DNA of 46,553 nucleotides, taken from the IMG/VR virus record IMGVR_UViG_3300024998_000004, positions 1 to 46,553 of that record; one strand, written 5' to 3'. Under the pieces are notes generated by a model that was not told the origin of the DNA, ran no database searches, and saw only the letters and a program-made list of their open reading frames with translations. Shown piece after piece: positions 25,549 through 35,152 of this stretch. The DNA is from a virus (lineage: Duplodnaviria; Caudoviricetes). Positions within the stretch are counted from its first letter, which is position 1, and each line of letters starts with the position of its first letter. Both the position numbers and the translations under genes were made by a program.

Positions 25549-26820
25549 TTACAGCACAACCGCGGAATCGACTGCGATCACGCCGAAGTCGGTCGGGACC
25601 TTGGTGCCGGTGCCGTCATCGACGGAGAAGCGCACCTTGGAATGGCCGCATACCTTCTCGCCCATGACTTCCAGGTTGCTCTCGAAGTTGTACCAGTGCT
25701 CCTTCCATCCGAACTGGATACCGCTGGTCTTGGTCTTGCCATAGGCAATTCCCAGGGCCTGCGCGCCGAGCAACAGCCCGCGCTCGACCGCATAACCGGC
25801 TCCCAGCGAACCGTTGACGGTCTGCGCGCTTTCTGTCGCGGTAGCGGCATTGCCAGAAGTGATGATCTGGGTAGAATCACCCGGCATGAAACGGATGGCG
25901 CGCTCGTTCTTGATCACCAGGATGCCGTTCCACATTCCGACTTCGCCGGCGAACAGCGGGTGGCGCGTATCGAAATACGCTGCACGGTTCACGGCGTTTT
26001 GCTGGAATGCCCGCAAGGAGCCTTCCGTCAGCAGGATGGAATACTGGTTCGGCGTTGCCAGGAAAACCCACATCTTGGAGGTTTGCGCCGCCTTGTCGCC
26101 GTCCATCTTGACCGGCTGCAACGGCTGATCCATGTCGTCCAGACGCTTGCGAATATTGTCCAGATGGGCCAACTTGAGCTGATCGGTGGAGGCGATGGAA
26201 GCCAGTTGCTGGCCTCCTGCCGTCAGATTCGCGCCGTTCACCACGAAATGCCGGTTGAACGTGGGAGCCTTGACAGGATTGACCATGACAGAAGCGAAGC
26301 TCGGCGCACTCTGAAGGGGAATGGTCCAGTCCGTACCTTGCTGCGATCCGCGCGCCCCGGCAAGATGCACCAGAGAAGTTTGCGCGGTCAGGCGGGGGAA
26401 GTAACCCGACAGCTCGGCCAGCGCAATTTCTCGCAACTGCCATTTGGTGCGTTGCTGAGACATGCTGCCGCCTGCATCAATGACCTTGCTGGACAAGTCA
26501 ATTTTTATGTCCATCGAGGAGAACGAAAGGGAGTTACCCTTTCCTTCCCGGTTGACATCGCCCATCAGCGGCTCCCCGCCAACGGTATCGACCAGATCGA
26601 GCGACACGGTGTCGCCAGGACTCTTCATCAGGTTATCGATACGCACGATGGGCATGCCAGGGGCGGATTGACCGGCCACCTTACTCATGGCGGCATTCGG
26701 CTCGATAGGCCCGACGAGGTTATCCATTGCCGTGGTTGCTTTCAGCGTGTTTGCCAAAAGCGCAGCGCTATACTGCTTGATTGCCAGCGAGCTGCCGCTG
26801 GCGATATTGGTTTCAGCCAT
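25549..26820 (-). CDS. Major capsid protein (N4-gp56/DUF4043 family)
   Basis: 423 aa; PIVRIDNLMKSPGDTVS, MSQQRT, HPLFAGEVGMWNGIL, LLLGAQAL, DFGVIAVD. Confidence 0.92.
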   Translation of the reverse strand: MAETNIASGSSLAIKQYSAALLANTLKATTAMDNLVGPIEPNAAMSKVAGQSAPGMPIVRIDNLMKSPGDTVSLDLVDTVGGEPLMGDVNREGKGNSLSFSSMDIKIDLSSKVIDAGGSMSQQRTKWQLREIALAELSGYFPRLTAQTSLVHLAGARGSQQGTDWTIPLQSAPSFASVMVNPVKAPTFNRHFVVNGANLTAGGQQLASIASTDQLKLAHLDNIRKRLDDMDQPLQPVKMDGDKAAQTSKMWVFLATPNQYSILLTEGSLRAFQQNAVNRAAYFDTRHPLFAGEVGMWNGILVIKNERAIRFMPGDSTQIITSGNAATATESAQTVNGSLGAGYAVERGLLLGAQALGIAYGKTKTSGIQFGWKEHWYNFESNLEVMGEKVCGHSKVRFSVDDGTGTKVPTDFGVIAVDSAVVL

Positions 26821-26833
26821 TTCCTATTTCCTT

Positions 26834-27787
26834 TTAATCGAGTTCGGCCCTCAAGGCTGCGGCTTTGTGCGCCGGCATCTTCATCAGCTTCGCGGCAAGC
26901 TCATGCGGGTTCATGTTCGCAAGTTGCTCTGCCTCGGAAGTGGATGTGACGCCTCCTTGAATATCCGATAGGGTTGTGGGTTTCCGCACCGGAGCGGCCT
27001 CTACCTTTGCTTTCGCTTCGGCCTTGGTCTGCTTCGGATCGGCTGGTTTATTCGGTACAGAGGCTTCGGGCAGAATGGCGCGCACCCGGCGGACCACCTC
27101 ACCGAACCGGTCGGCAAAAGGCTTATTCGCCCATTTGCTGGTGGTCCTGAGGATTTCGTCCTGCTTCATTGCTTCTTCCCATGCTTCCGGATCGTTGCCT
27201 TCCCAATGCACCAGGTCGGGGTTATTGTCCTTGGCTTCGGCGATTTGCTCGGCCACGGTGAGTTGCTTGGCGCGCTGGGATTCCTCCCGTTCGCGCTTCA
27301 ACTCATCGAGTGTTTTTCTGAGTTCTTCGCCATGCTTCCGGCTTCCTTCGAGAACGGCAGTAATGACTTGGTGAACCTCGGGCATGTCGGACTTGAGCTT
27401 TTCCAGATGCTTTGCAATGGCGTCATCCGCAACCGCTGCATCCTTCTTGCTGCCAGCCTCATCCTTTGCCTTCAGAAGTTCATCCAGCTTGCCCTGGGCC
27501 TGCTGTAGCTGCTCGCGCAGCGATGAGTTCTCAACACGAAGTTCCTTGTGCTTTTCGTAAGGAATAATCCCCTTGCCGTTCTTTGTGAGAACGACCGGCT
27601 CTCCTTCCCCCGCGCCGTTAGCCGCGCCTTCCTGTTCTTCCTGTTCGGGTTTGTCGGTTGCCGTTTCCGATGCGCCACCCTTTGTCGCAAGGATCTCCTC
27701 GAGCTTTTCCGGATTGGTTTCCAGAGTCTCGATTTCCTCGGGCGTCAGGGTATTGATTTGCTCATCCGTAAGCTGATTCAATTCCAT
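26834..27787 (-). CDS. Capsid scaffolding protein
   Basis: Acidic coiled-coil protein with IPYE motif, immediately upstream of capsid gene. Confidence 0.78.
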   Translation of the reverse strand: MELNQLTDEQINTLTPEEIETLETNPEKLEEILATKGGASETATDKPEQEEQEGAANGAGEGEPVVLTKNGKGIIPYEKHKELRVENSSLREQLQQAQGKLDELLKAKDEAGSKKDAAVADDAIAKHLEKLKSDMPEVHQVITAVLEGSRKHGEELRKTLDELKREREESQRAKQLTVAEQIAEAKDNNPDLVHWEGNDPEAWEEAMKQDEILRTTSKWANKPFADRFGEVVRRVRAILPEASVPNKPADPKQTKAEAKAKVEAAPVRKPTTLSDIQGGVTSTSEAEQLANMNPHELAAKLMKMPAHKAAALRAELD

Positions 27788-27803
27788 TTTGCCTCTTCCT
27801 CCA

Positions 27804-27873
27804 ACTGCGGTATCGTCGTGAGCACGCCGCGAAATGCGGGGTTGGTAAAGACTGCGGTATCGCCGTTAGCGCG
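27804..27873 (-). repeat. Two 23-bp direct repeats in scaffold leader
   Basis: ACTGCGGTATCGTCGTGAGCACG (27804-27826) vs ACTGCGGTATCGCCGTTAGCGCG (27851-27873), 20/23 identical. Confidence 0.8.
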
Positions 27874-27898
27874 AGTTATCCGGAAATTCCGGATAACT
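27874..27898. promoter_or_regulatory. Perfect 12-bp-arm palindrome
   Basis: AGTTATCCGGAA-A-TTCCGGATAACT. Confidence 0.6.
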
Positions 27899-27914
27899 GG
27901 ATTTGATGCTCATT

Positions 27915-27944
27915 AAAAAAGCCGCCCGGTTTCCCGGAGCGGCT
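27915..27944 (-). terminator. Rho-independent terminator
   Basis: AGCCGC/CCGG stem + T-run on minus strand after beta-helix gene. Confidence 0.78.
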
Positions 27945-27966
27945 CCTAGTATTCTGATTTAACTGT

Positions 27967-29562
27967 TTATTTTGCTCTTACAAATAACCTTCGCTGCGTA
28001 GCAGAGACATCTTCCACTGCGCCGATATTCGGCTGGCTGTAAAACTGCTTGCCGTAAAAATCCTTGCCGCCCAAGTTGTTTCCGGCCCTTATAACCGCCG
28101 GATTGCTCGGCCTGAATTCTCCGTCCAGGTACGGGTTCTCGATTATTGTGCTCTGGAGAACCGCGACTCTTTCCAGTAGCGGGTAGCCGTGAGCAACATT
28201 CCTGTCAGCGGAGACTCCCGTCACATCCGGAAAGATGTCTGCGGCATACTGACGGTTGCCGTAATTCTGCAAAATGTTCTGCTTTATCTCTCCGCCGCCG
28301 CAATTGGGAAACATCACGATTTCACCGTTTGCCCTTATTCCAACTGGTCCTAAATTATTATTAACAAATGTATTTTTGTTGACCATGCTTCCTTTTGCAG
28401 ACGCCGCCTGAAATCCTGCCGCCTGGTTTCTCGTGGCAATGCAGGATTCAACGGTATTGTTGTCTCCCAGATTCAAGGAAAATCCGGCGCCTTGATTATC
28501 GTGGGAATAATTCCTCCGAAATATCGAGCTATCCGCCCAATTGTCGAATGCGAAACCGTGTCCCTCGACATCCGTCGCCCTCGGATCGTTGAAGTTTCCC
28601 CATGCTTCGCAGTCTTCGACCAAGATGTTGTAGCATCGGCCCCAGGCATATCTCACGCTCTGGTTCTTCGGGTCGGTTGACGATCCCACGTTGATGTAAA
28701 GCGTGCCTGCCGATACTCCAAACTCGCCGGCGGCGGGAGTCGTGGGGGTGGATATATTCTTCGTCAGTCTCCCGTAGTTGCTTACGTTCGTAATGACGTA
28801 GTAGACGTCAAGCTGGTAAACCGCCAGCGCGCGCGACCAAATAGTTCCGCTCGTATTCGTCCAGCCTGAGGTCGTGAACTCCTGCAACCGGTATTTAGAT
28901 GAGAATCCATGCCCACCTGTCGGGGCGTCAAACCCATTTCCATGGAATTTACAGCGCCGAACTACCACATCGTGCGCCCCGTTAACTATCATGCCGTGCA
29001 CCGGGTTGCCGAAAAATTCCGAGTCCTCGATCAGATAATCGCCAGTATCGCCAGTTGATGTATCCGTTCCGCCAAAAATCAACCCGCTGCCATTCGGTAT
29101 ACCAAGAGCTGTGGTTGCAGTATTGGTAAAAAAGCACCGTCGAATCGCGTGACCGGAGTTCTGCGTTGACCCTGCCGCGAGCAAGTACAGCGTATAGGTT
29201 GCCCGGCCCAGTCCATCGAAGTACATATCCTCGAAGTCGATATAACTCTTCCCGCTGACGTTCAGGACATAGGCGTTATTCAATCCCCCGGTTGGCGGAG
29301 GCGTCCATATCGAATATGGGACTTGCGCGACGCCATAGGCCCCATACCGCGTTCTCTGCGTAGTACTTGCCCCTGACCCAGCGCCCACATTCGCAGCCGA
29401 GATTACTTGAGTCGTCCCGCGCTTGAATAGATAGGTATCGCCTTGCGCCGCGCCGGGGAAACCAGCCAGCACGAAAGTTTCATAAAACTTCTTTGCGGCG
29501 CCCTCGCTCTTGCCGTTGTTGCTATCTGATCCGCCGTCCGAGTCGAAATACCAGACCGTCAT
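27967..29562 (-). CDS. Right-handed parallel beta-helix (pectin lyase-like) protein, putative spike/depolymerase
   Basis: WYFDSDGGSDSNNG start, GDTYLFKRG, repeated I.DC.F.GN / N.SHDN..G coils, C-terminal PNIGAVE. Confidence 0.82.
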   Translation of the reverse strand: MTVWYFDSDGGSDSNNGKSEGAAKKFYETFVLAGFPGAAQGDTYLFKRGTTQVISAANVGAGSGASTTQRTRYGAYGVAQVPYSIWTPPPTGGLNNAYVLNVSGKSYIDFEDMYFDGLGRATYTLYLLAAGSTQNSGHAIRRCFFTNTATTALGIPNGSGLIFGGTDTSTGDTGDYLIEDSEFFGNPVHGMIVNGAHDVVVRRCKFHGNGFDAPTGGHGFSSKYRLQEFTTSGWTNTSGTIWSRALAVYQLDVYYVITNVSNYGRLTKNISTPTTPAAGEFGVSAGTLYINVGSSTDPKNQSVRYAWGRCYNILVEDCEAWGNFNDPRATDVEGHGFAFDNWADSSIFRRNYSHDNQGAGFSLNLGDNNTVESCIATRNQAAGFQAASAKGSMVNKNTFVNNNLGPVGIRANGEIVMFPNCGGGEIKQNILQNYGNRQYAADIFPDVTGVSADRNVAHGYPLLERVAVLQSTIIENPYLDGEFRPSNPAVIRAGNNLGGKDFYGKQFYSQPNIGAVEDVSATQRRLFVRAK

Positions 29563-29564
29563 CT

Positions 29565-30140
29565 TTACGCCCCGGCGAAGTGCAGCGCCCTGAAGTATTC
29601 CAGCTTGAGCGCTTCACTACCATTGGCCCGCTGGCCGGTGATCTCGACTGTCACATTTACCGAAAAGTCGATGGCGTAGGTCTGCGGCGAGCCGGTCCCG
29701 GATGTAAAGTAGTTGCTGTCGTAAGGTTGAACCTGGGATTGCAGCGAATTACGGTTCGCCAGGACAATCAACGGCGCTTCTCTCGCAACAGTCGTGCGCG
29801 TATTGTTGTAAACCGTCACGCCTGCGACCTTGACCTTGATAATCTTGTTATTGGCTGAGTTCGTGAACGTCCAGAGCGGCTCTATCTGAAGAATGCTGTT
29901 CGGCCCCAGCACCCCGGATTTGATAGTAAAGGACGCCAGAATTTCATCAATATTGGTCGATGCACACGACGCTGCCACCGCGCTGCTCGAGAGCACCTCC
30001 ACCGGCAGGGCAATGGCTAGGTAATTTACCGCGTCACCGGCATTTATCAGGTCCAATTCGATGGCCTGATCAAACTCTCCGAATTGGCCGGCGCGATACA
30101 CTGTGCCCCCGACAAACGCCGTATCGATAAACTTGATCAT
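29565..30140 (-). CDS. Hypothetical beta-rich virion protein
   Basis: 191 aa, ATGA overlap with portal. Confidence 0.68.
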   Translation of the reverse strand: MIKFIDTAFVGGTVYRAGQFGEFDQAIELDLINAGDAVNYLAIALPVEVLSSSAVAASCASTNIDEILASFTIKSGVLGPNSILQIEPLWTFTNSANNKIIKVKVAGVTVYNNTRTTVAREAPLIVLANRNSLQSQVQPYDSNYFTSGTGSPQTYAIDFSVNVTVEITGQRANGSEALKLEYFRALHFAGA

Positions 30141-32230
30141 GAGCTTACCCTATTCTGGAATTGGACATTCTGCGAAGCCATGTTGGCCGCAGCGGCACGT
30201 TCATCGAGCGCTTGCTTCTCCTGCTGAATCGTGATGTTCTCTGCCTTGATCGTGGCGTCCGTGTGCACTTGTTCGGCCTTGATCGCCAGTTCCTGCTGCC
30301 GGGCCTCGATGTCAGCCTTGAGCTTCTCGACCTCGGCCTGCAGCTTCGCCACCTCCGCTTGCTCCTTGCTCATATTGAGCTGGATCATCTGCATCTGCAG
30401 TTGCTGCTGCATCTGGGCCATCTGAGCCTGCTGCGCTTCCTGTTCCGGTGTCATCTTCCCAGGAACATTACCCACTTTGCGGCAGAGATCCGCGTATTCA
30501 TGCCGATTAGGAATATCGGATAACTCGATCATCGCTGGATAAAGAACCGCCTGATACGGCGGTGGAGCGGCCTGCACCATCTGACTGAAGGCCTGCAACT
30601 GCTGCGCGCGAAAGCTCGGCGTTGATGGTATGTTTTCCAGCACAACCTTTATCTGGGCAGTAGCCAGGTCATTCTGAACAACCGGACCCTGTGGCGTCAT
30701 GACCTCGTGATTCAGGTAAATGACCTTCTGCACGCTCCCCTGCTTGACGGATACCTGCATAGGCTTGCCAATCATGTCGGCCTTGGCAAAGGCAAGAAGC
30801 TGTTGCCCCACAAGCCGCCGCGCATACCGGAAATTATCGTTCGGCTCGGCCAGCACCGTGGAGCCCTGCTCCACCAGATTGCTGATTGCAACACCGCTGC
30901 TGGCTTCGGTATTTGCTCCGAGCATGGCCCGATAAATCCCGCTGACCTCTTCGATCCTGCGCTTGCGCTCCTGCACCAGTTGGAACACTTGCGCGGCCAG
31001 GGCGTTATCCGTCGTGACCCTGAACCCGTTGGCGTTCCTGCGCTGGGAATTCAGTATGGTCATCGAGCGTGGGCTACTGATATTGTTCGCCACCTCTTGA
31101 TAGGTGTTCTGGCTTAGGTCCAGCGCGTCGTTGTCGATCTCGACCCGCTTGGAGTTCAGCACCTCATAAAGCAGGATGTCGAGATCGATTATCTGGTCCT
31201 GCGGCCCGCGCATGTCACGGATCAGGCCGTATGGCGTGCGGCTGCGGTCCTTCCGAAAGCACCAGAATGGCACATACGGAAAATTCCCATGCGGCAACGG
31301 CGTGGGCACATCCATGAGCTTGTGCGGCCCAAGCCAGATCGATACACGCACCCGGGGAAGAAGCGCTTTCTGCACCTGCACCAAGCCCTGCGCGATCGCT
31401 TGCTCATGCAGCGGATTCTGCTCGTTGTACTCAATGGTTGTGCCGATTGGCAGCATCAATACCGGCGCCTGCTCGTGATGCCGATACCACAGCTCGGAGA
31501 GGCGAACCATGCCGGAGGACCGGTTCAAGTATTCTTCCTGGCTTTGTCCCCAGGCTTGCTCTACCTCATAAGCCCTGGCCATATTGCTATCGCTGCCGTC
31601 ATACACATCGAGCGTGCGCCAATTGTTCCAGCTCGCCTGGATCAGATCGGTTTGCTCGGGGAACATGGATGTCGCCTGGTCACGGTCCACCCACTTATCT
31701 CGGCGCAGGTAGCGCGCATCCGACAAGTCCGGTTCCCGAGCGGTCCAATCCCAGAATATGTCGTTCCTATGTACTTCCCTGACGCGATACGGATACTTCA
31801 GCGGATCGAATTCACGCGATACTTCTACCCATCCCAGGCCGGCGCGCATCATGCTCGAATAGGCGTCCGACATTGCACGATCAGCGCGGCTCTCGGTTTC
31901 GATCTCTTTGATCTTGGCGGAAAGAGCCTCTGCAATTTCTGCTTGCTGTTCGTCGTCGGACGTGACCTTGTAATCGGTGCGGGATCGCGCTTCCAGGCCC
32001 AGCACGGCGTTAATCGTGGGCTTTACCAAGTTTGAGTCTTGTGGCGGAATTCCGGCCTCTTTCAGCCGCTGGATAACGTCCGAGCGCAATTGCGAACCGT
32101 CATAGTAGTCGCAGTCAACCGAACTATCCTCGCGCCATTTGGGTTGCTCCCTTATCGTCCTGCAGATAGCGCTATATGCTTCTACGGAAATATCGGCTGT
32201 GATCGGGGCTTGCTGGTTTCCGTTGCTCAT
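30137..32230 (-). CDS. Portal protein (P22-like)
   Basis: DYYDGSQ, NLVKPTINAVLG, GLGWVEV, FPYVPF, YGLIRDMRGPQD, ASSGVAI; Gln-rich C-terminal barrel coil. Confidence 0.93.
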   Translation of the reverse strand: MSNGNQQAPITADISVEAYSAICRTIREQPKWREDSSVDCDYYDGSQLRSDVIQRLKEAGIPPQDSNLVKPTINAVLGLEARSRTDYKVTSDDEQQAEIAEALSAKIKEIETESRADRAMSDAYSSMMRAGLGWVEVSREFDPLKYPYRVREVHRNDIFWDWTAREPDLSDARYLRRDKWVDRDQATSMFPEQTDLIQASWNNWRTLDVYDGSDSNMARAYEVEQAWGQSQEEYLNRSSGMVRLSELWYRHHEQAPVLMLPIGTTIEYNEQNPLHEQAIAQGLVQVQKALLPRVRVSIWLGPHKLMDVPTPLPHGNFPYVPFWCFRKDRSRTPYGLIRDMRGPQDQIIDLDILLYEVLNSKRVEIDNDALDLSQNTYQEVANNISSPRSMTILNSQRRNANGFRVTTDNALAAQVFQLVQERKRRIEEVSGIYRAMLGANTEASSGVAISNLVEQGSTVLAEPNDNFRYARRLVGQQLLAFAKADMIGKPMQVSVKQGSVQKVIYLNHEVMTPQGPVVQNDLATAQIKVVLENIPSTPSFRAQQLQAFSQMVQAAPPPYQAVLYPAMIELSDIPNRHEYADLCRKVGNVPGKMTPEQEAQQAQMAQMQQQLQMQMIQLNMSKEQAEVAKLQAEVEKLKADIEARQQELAIKAEQVHTDATIKAENITIQQEKQALDERAAAANMASQNVQFQNRVSS

Positions 32231-32451
32231 TTACCAGCCTTTGTAAACTTGAAACCAACAGCCTTTACCTTTCCGTTGAGGTATTTGCCAACAGAATCGC
32301 AGCCGCAAAGGCCGTCATAGACCGACTGTGGAACGCCCTCGTATTCATAAATACCGCCAGAGGTATATTCGACACGAAGCTTCTTGCTAACCGGATCGTA
32401 ACCGTGAGCCTTTACCTGTGAACTCTTGCAAGACTTCATGACAACGCTCAC
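32227..32451 (-). CDS. KTSC-domain protein
   Basis: SSQVKAHGYD...LRVEY..GGIYEYEGVP..VY..L....SVGKY. Confidence 0.88.
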   Translation of the reverse strand: MSVVMKSCKSSQVKAHGYDPVSKKLRVEYTSGGIYEYEGVPQSVYDGLCGCDSVGKYLNGKVKAVGFKFTKAGK

Positions 32452-33701
32452 GAGCGCCACCCGCCAATCCGGATGCCGCGCGCGCTCGATGCCGTCCTGT
32501 CTTCCTCGATGGCCACAGCCAGATACCGCAGCGCATCGGCGGAGTGGCTTGACCAGTCATGCAGTGGCCGCCCGGACAGCTCTTTCGTGTCGGGGTTAGT
32601 ATCAAATCGGTAGTGCCTCAAAGCCTGGATTCCCTCAGCGCATTTTTGCTCATCGAAATACAGCCTGTTAAAAATGGTTCTGACAGCATTGATACCATCC
32701 GCGATGGACAGATTCGGAACAATCCTCACATTGCGGCCGGCAGCGGTCATCAGTTCCTCTACACTTCGCCCGGTCGCAATCGTCTTGGCCTTGGCATCGT
32801 GCGGCAGCCACACCGTGCCGTACAGATACGGCTTATGCTGCATCACGCCCAGGTAATGCTGGAGCGGCTGCTGAGCTGCGCTGTAATGATCAATGAGCCT
32901 GATTTCCTGATTCACTGTCTGAGCAAACCACATGCTGGTGCTGTCAGCCCAGCCGAGATCGAAGAAAACCTGCACTTGCCGGGCAGCATCATATGGAACT
33001 GAGCGAATCCGGCCTTCCTCTTGCGCCTGGCGCAATTCCCTGGCATAGATCGCGCCATCGAGCGTTACCCGACATTCACCCTGCCAGATATTCTGGTATC
33101 CATCCGGATCGCGCGCCTTGAGTTCGTCCTTTTCCTTGCGAAGCGTCTCGGGAAACCAGGGATTGTCATCCCAGTTGATCTTCACCACCCTGGCATCGCT
33201 GGGCGGATTCTTCACGAACCGCTGAAAAGTCTCGTCAGTTTCCAGCTCCGGATTGAACGTCAGCCAGATTTCCGATCCATCTTTCCGAATGGTTGGAATC
33301 AGCGTATCCCAGCTGGACTTACTGACTGTCTGCGCCTCTTCCACCCAGACCCGGTCGACGCCTTCGAACGACTTAATTTTCGTGATGTTGTTACGCAGGC
33401 CGGCGAACACGAATTCGGTCCTGTTTGCACCCTTGATCGTCGTGTTCTGCACCTCGTAGAATGTTTCGAGTCCGAGTTCCGCAATCTGCGACTGCAGGAG
33501 ATGGTGCACGGATTCAGTAATCGAGTTCTGAAATTCCCGAGCGCATAAAATGCGAAGAGGGCTCGCGGCCCCCTGTATCAATAATGCCCTGGCGACGCCC
33601 CAGCTCTTCGCTCCGCCGCGGCCGCCGTACGCAACTTTGTATCGAGCAGGCTGAAACAGGAATTGTAGCTTCTCGGGGAACTCAGCTTTTACAGCGGTCA
33701 C
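32448..33701 (-). CDS. terL: Terminase large subunit (PBSX-like)
   Basis: Walker A YGGRGGAKS, CAREFQNSI, Walker B VWVEEA, TFNP, FDLGWAD, HSADALRY; GTG start inferred from GTGA overlap. Confidence 0.95.
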   Translation of the reverse strand: MTAVKAEFPEKLQFLFQPARYKVAYGGRGGAKSWGVARALLIQGAASPLRILCAREFQNSITESVHHLLQSQIAELGLETFYEVQNTTIKGANRTEFVFAGLRNNITKIKSFEGVDRVWVEEAQTVSKSSWDTLIPTIRKDGSEIWLTFNPELETDETFQRFVKNPPSDARVVKINWDDNPWFPETLRKEKDELKARDPDGYQNIWQGECRVTLDGAIYARELRQAQEEGRIRSVPYDAARQVQVFFDLGWADSTSMWFAQTVNQEIRLIDHYSAAQQPLQHYLGVMQHKPYLYGTVWLPHDAKAKTIATGRSVEELMTAAGRNVRIVPNLSIADGINAVRTIFNRLYFDEQKCAEGIQALRHYRFDTNPDTKELSGRPLHDWSSHSADALRYLAVAIEEDRTASSARGIRIGGWRS

Positions 33702-33844
33702 ACCATTGCCCAAATCACAACCGCGCCAGCAATGCCGAGCAGCACATCCATGATGTGAATCTCGACGCCGCGCTCTCTACCATCACTGTCGATTACACCA
33801 AATTCCCAAACACCGAAAAGTTCCCTAAAGTCTTTTATGCTCAT
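33698..33844 (-). CDS. Small ORF (48 aa) with hydrophobic C-terminus
   Basis: MSIKDFRELFG...LLGIAGAVVIWAMV*; stop overlaps terL GTG. Confidence 0.45.
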   Translation of the reverse strand: MSIKDFRELFGVWEFGVIDSDGRERGVEIHIMDVLLGIAGAVVIWAMV

Positions 33845-33901
33845 TTGATTAATTTTTAAGCGAAAACTGGAAAGTTACTAGCCATGCGGGTTTGGTATTC
33901 C

Positions 33902-33948
33902 TTATCCACTCTTCCAATAACAACCTTATCCACAGAATTTGTGGAAAG
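33902..33948. promoter_or_regulatory. DnaA-box cluster
   Basis: TTATCCACT 33902-33910, perfect TTATCCACA 33926-33934, inverted TGTGGAAAG 33940-33948. Confidence 0.55.
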
Positions 33949-33953
33949 AATAA

Positions 33954-34148
33954 CTACTTTTCTGGAACCCAGCCGATGCGGCTTATATGCGCGTCACAAG
34001 CCGCGCATTGCAGCAACGGGAAGAAATCGGGGCCGTCATGGATGATCTTAAAAGTCTTGTTGCGGCATTCCTTGCAGGCAGTCAGCGCTTGCGCGTCGAG
34101 CATTGCGTTTTTGCTCGAATAGGCCAAATACACAACATTTCCTGCCAT
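33954..34148 (-). CDS. Small zinc-ribbon protein
   Basis: CKEC...CAAC. Confidence 0.6.
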   Translation of the reverse strand: MAGNVVYLAYSSKNAMLDAQALTACKECRNKTFKIIHDGPDFFPLLQCAACDAHISRIGWVPEK

Positions 34149-34219
34149 GCTAGACCATTGACCGCATCAAAATAATCGATTGTAGAGCGTTGTAGTAGCT
34201 CAATTTTTGTGCAATTACG

Positions 34220-34858
34220 CTATTTCTGGCCATTTGCGGCGACAAATGACACATGGATACCACTTGCCTTTAAGGCATCGTCAAGAGGTGTTTTGCTCTC
34301 AATTCCGAATGCTTCACGCTCCATCGGAATCAGGTTCTTCAATGCCTCAGCAAGAGCCTTCATCGTGGCAACTCGGCCAGGGAGGCTTGATGCTTTGCGA
34401 AAAGCTTCCAGCGTTTTTGTGGCCAACTTGGCATCAGTCTCTTCTTTAAGAGCGGGGTATACCAATTCTCCTAACGCAGAAAGCAACTCAGGATCCGCTG
34501 ATTCTCCCTCAAGCTCATTGAGCAGCGACATCGCAAGCTTTCGCGCTCTGGCAATATCTTGGCGATGCCCAAGAATGACATCCTTTTGCGTTTCCGAGGT
34601 TGCCTCGATTACCGCCTTTTCGGAAACCTTCTCATCAGCGTTAACTTCACTGTTAACCGCTGCCCTGTTAACCTTTGCTTCCGTCGCTGCCTTGATCTTT
34701 GCAGACAGGTCCCGAGTCCACCCTTCACGATCCGCACGCTTCTTTATCGCAACGTGGGAGACACCGTATTCAGCGGACATGACGCGCAGAGACTTTACGC
34801 CCGCGCGGTAATCCGCCTCGATTGATTCCCAATCGACGGGTTTCTTTTTCTCGGTCAT
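34220..34858 (-). CDS. terS: Terminase small subunit
   Basis: DWESIEADYRAG..SLR......GVSH.AI.KRA..EGW.RDL HTH; EREAFGI; upstream of terL. Confidence 0.88.
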   Translation of the reverse strand: MTEKKKPVDWESIEADYRAGVKSLRVMSAEYGVSHVAIKKRADREGWTRDLSAKIKAATEAKVNRAAVNSEVNADEKVSEKAVIEATSETQKDVILGHRQDIARARKLAMSLLNELEGESADPELLSALGELVYPALKEETDAKLATKTLEAFRKASSLPGRVATMKALAEALKNLIPMEREAFGIESKTPLDDALKASGIHVSFVAANGQK

Positions 34859-35148
34859 CGGGCTTCTGATTTGGTGGAGTTGCACCCTTTTACGGCAGCT
34901 CTCAGCATCACCTCACATGCGGATCTTTCCTCGATCTCCTGACGCAACGCCCGATTGATCACAATCGGATCATCTGCAGGTGATACCCGATCTACTGCGT
35001 AGGCGTCTTTGCATTCCCCAGGCAGCACAACGGAGCAATAGATCGGAATGGGCTTTTCTACTACGCGTGTCTCGATAACAGGTTTGGCGGCACAGCCAAA
35101 CAGGAAAGCCATGGCGCTTACGGAGAGGATCAGCAAAGCAGCCCGCAT
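34855..35148 (-). CDS. o-spanin (Rz1-like) lipoprotein
   Basis: MRAALLILSVSAMAFLFGC lipobox, VEKPIPIYC, C-terminal LRAAVKGC. Confidence 0.72.
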   Translation of the reverse strand: MRAALLILSVSAMAFLFGCAAKPVIETRVVEKPIPIYCSVVLPGECKDAYAVDRVSPADDPIVINRALRQEIEERSACEVMLRAAVKGCNSTKSEAR

Positions 35149-35152
35149 AAGC

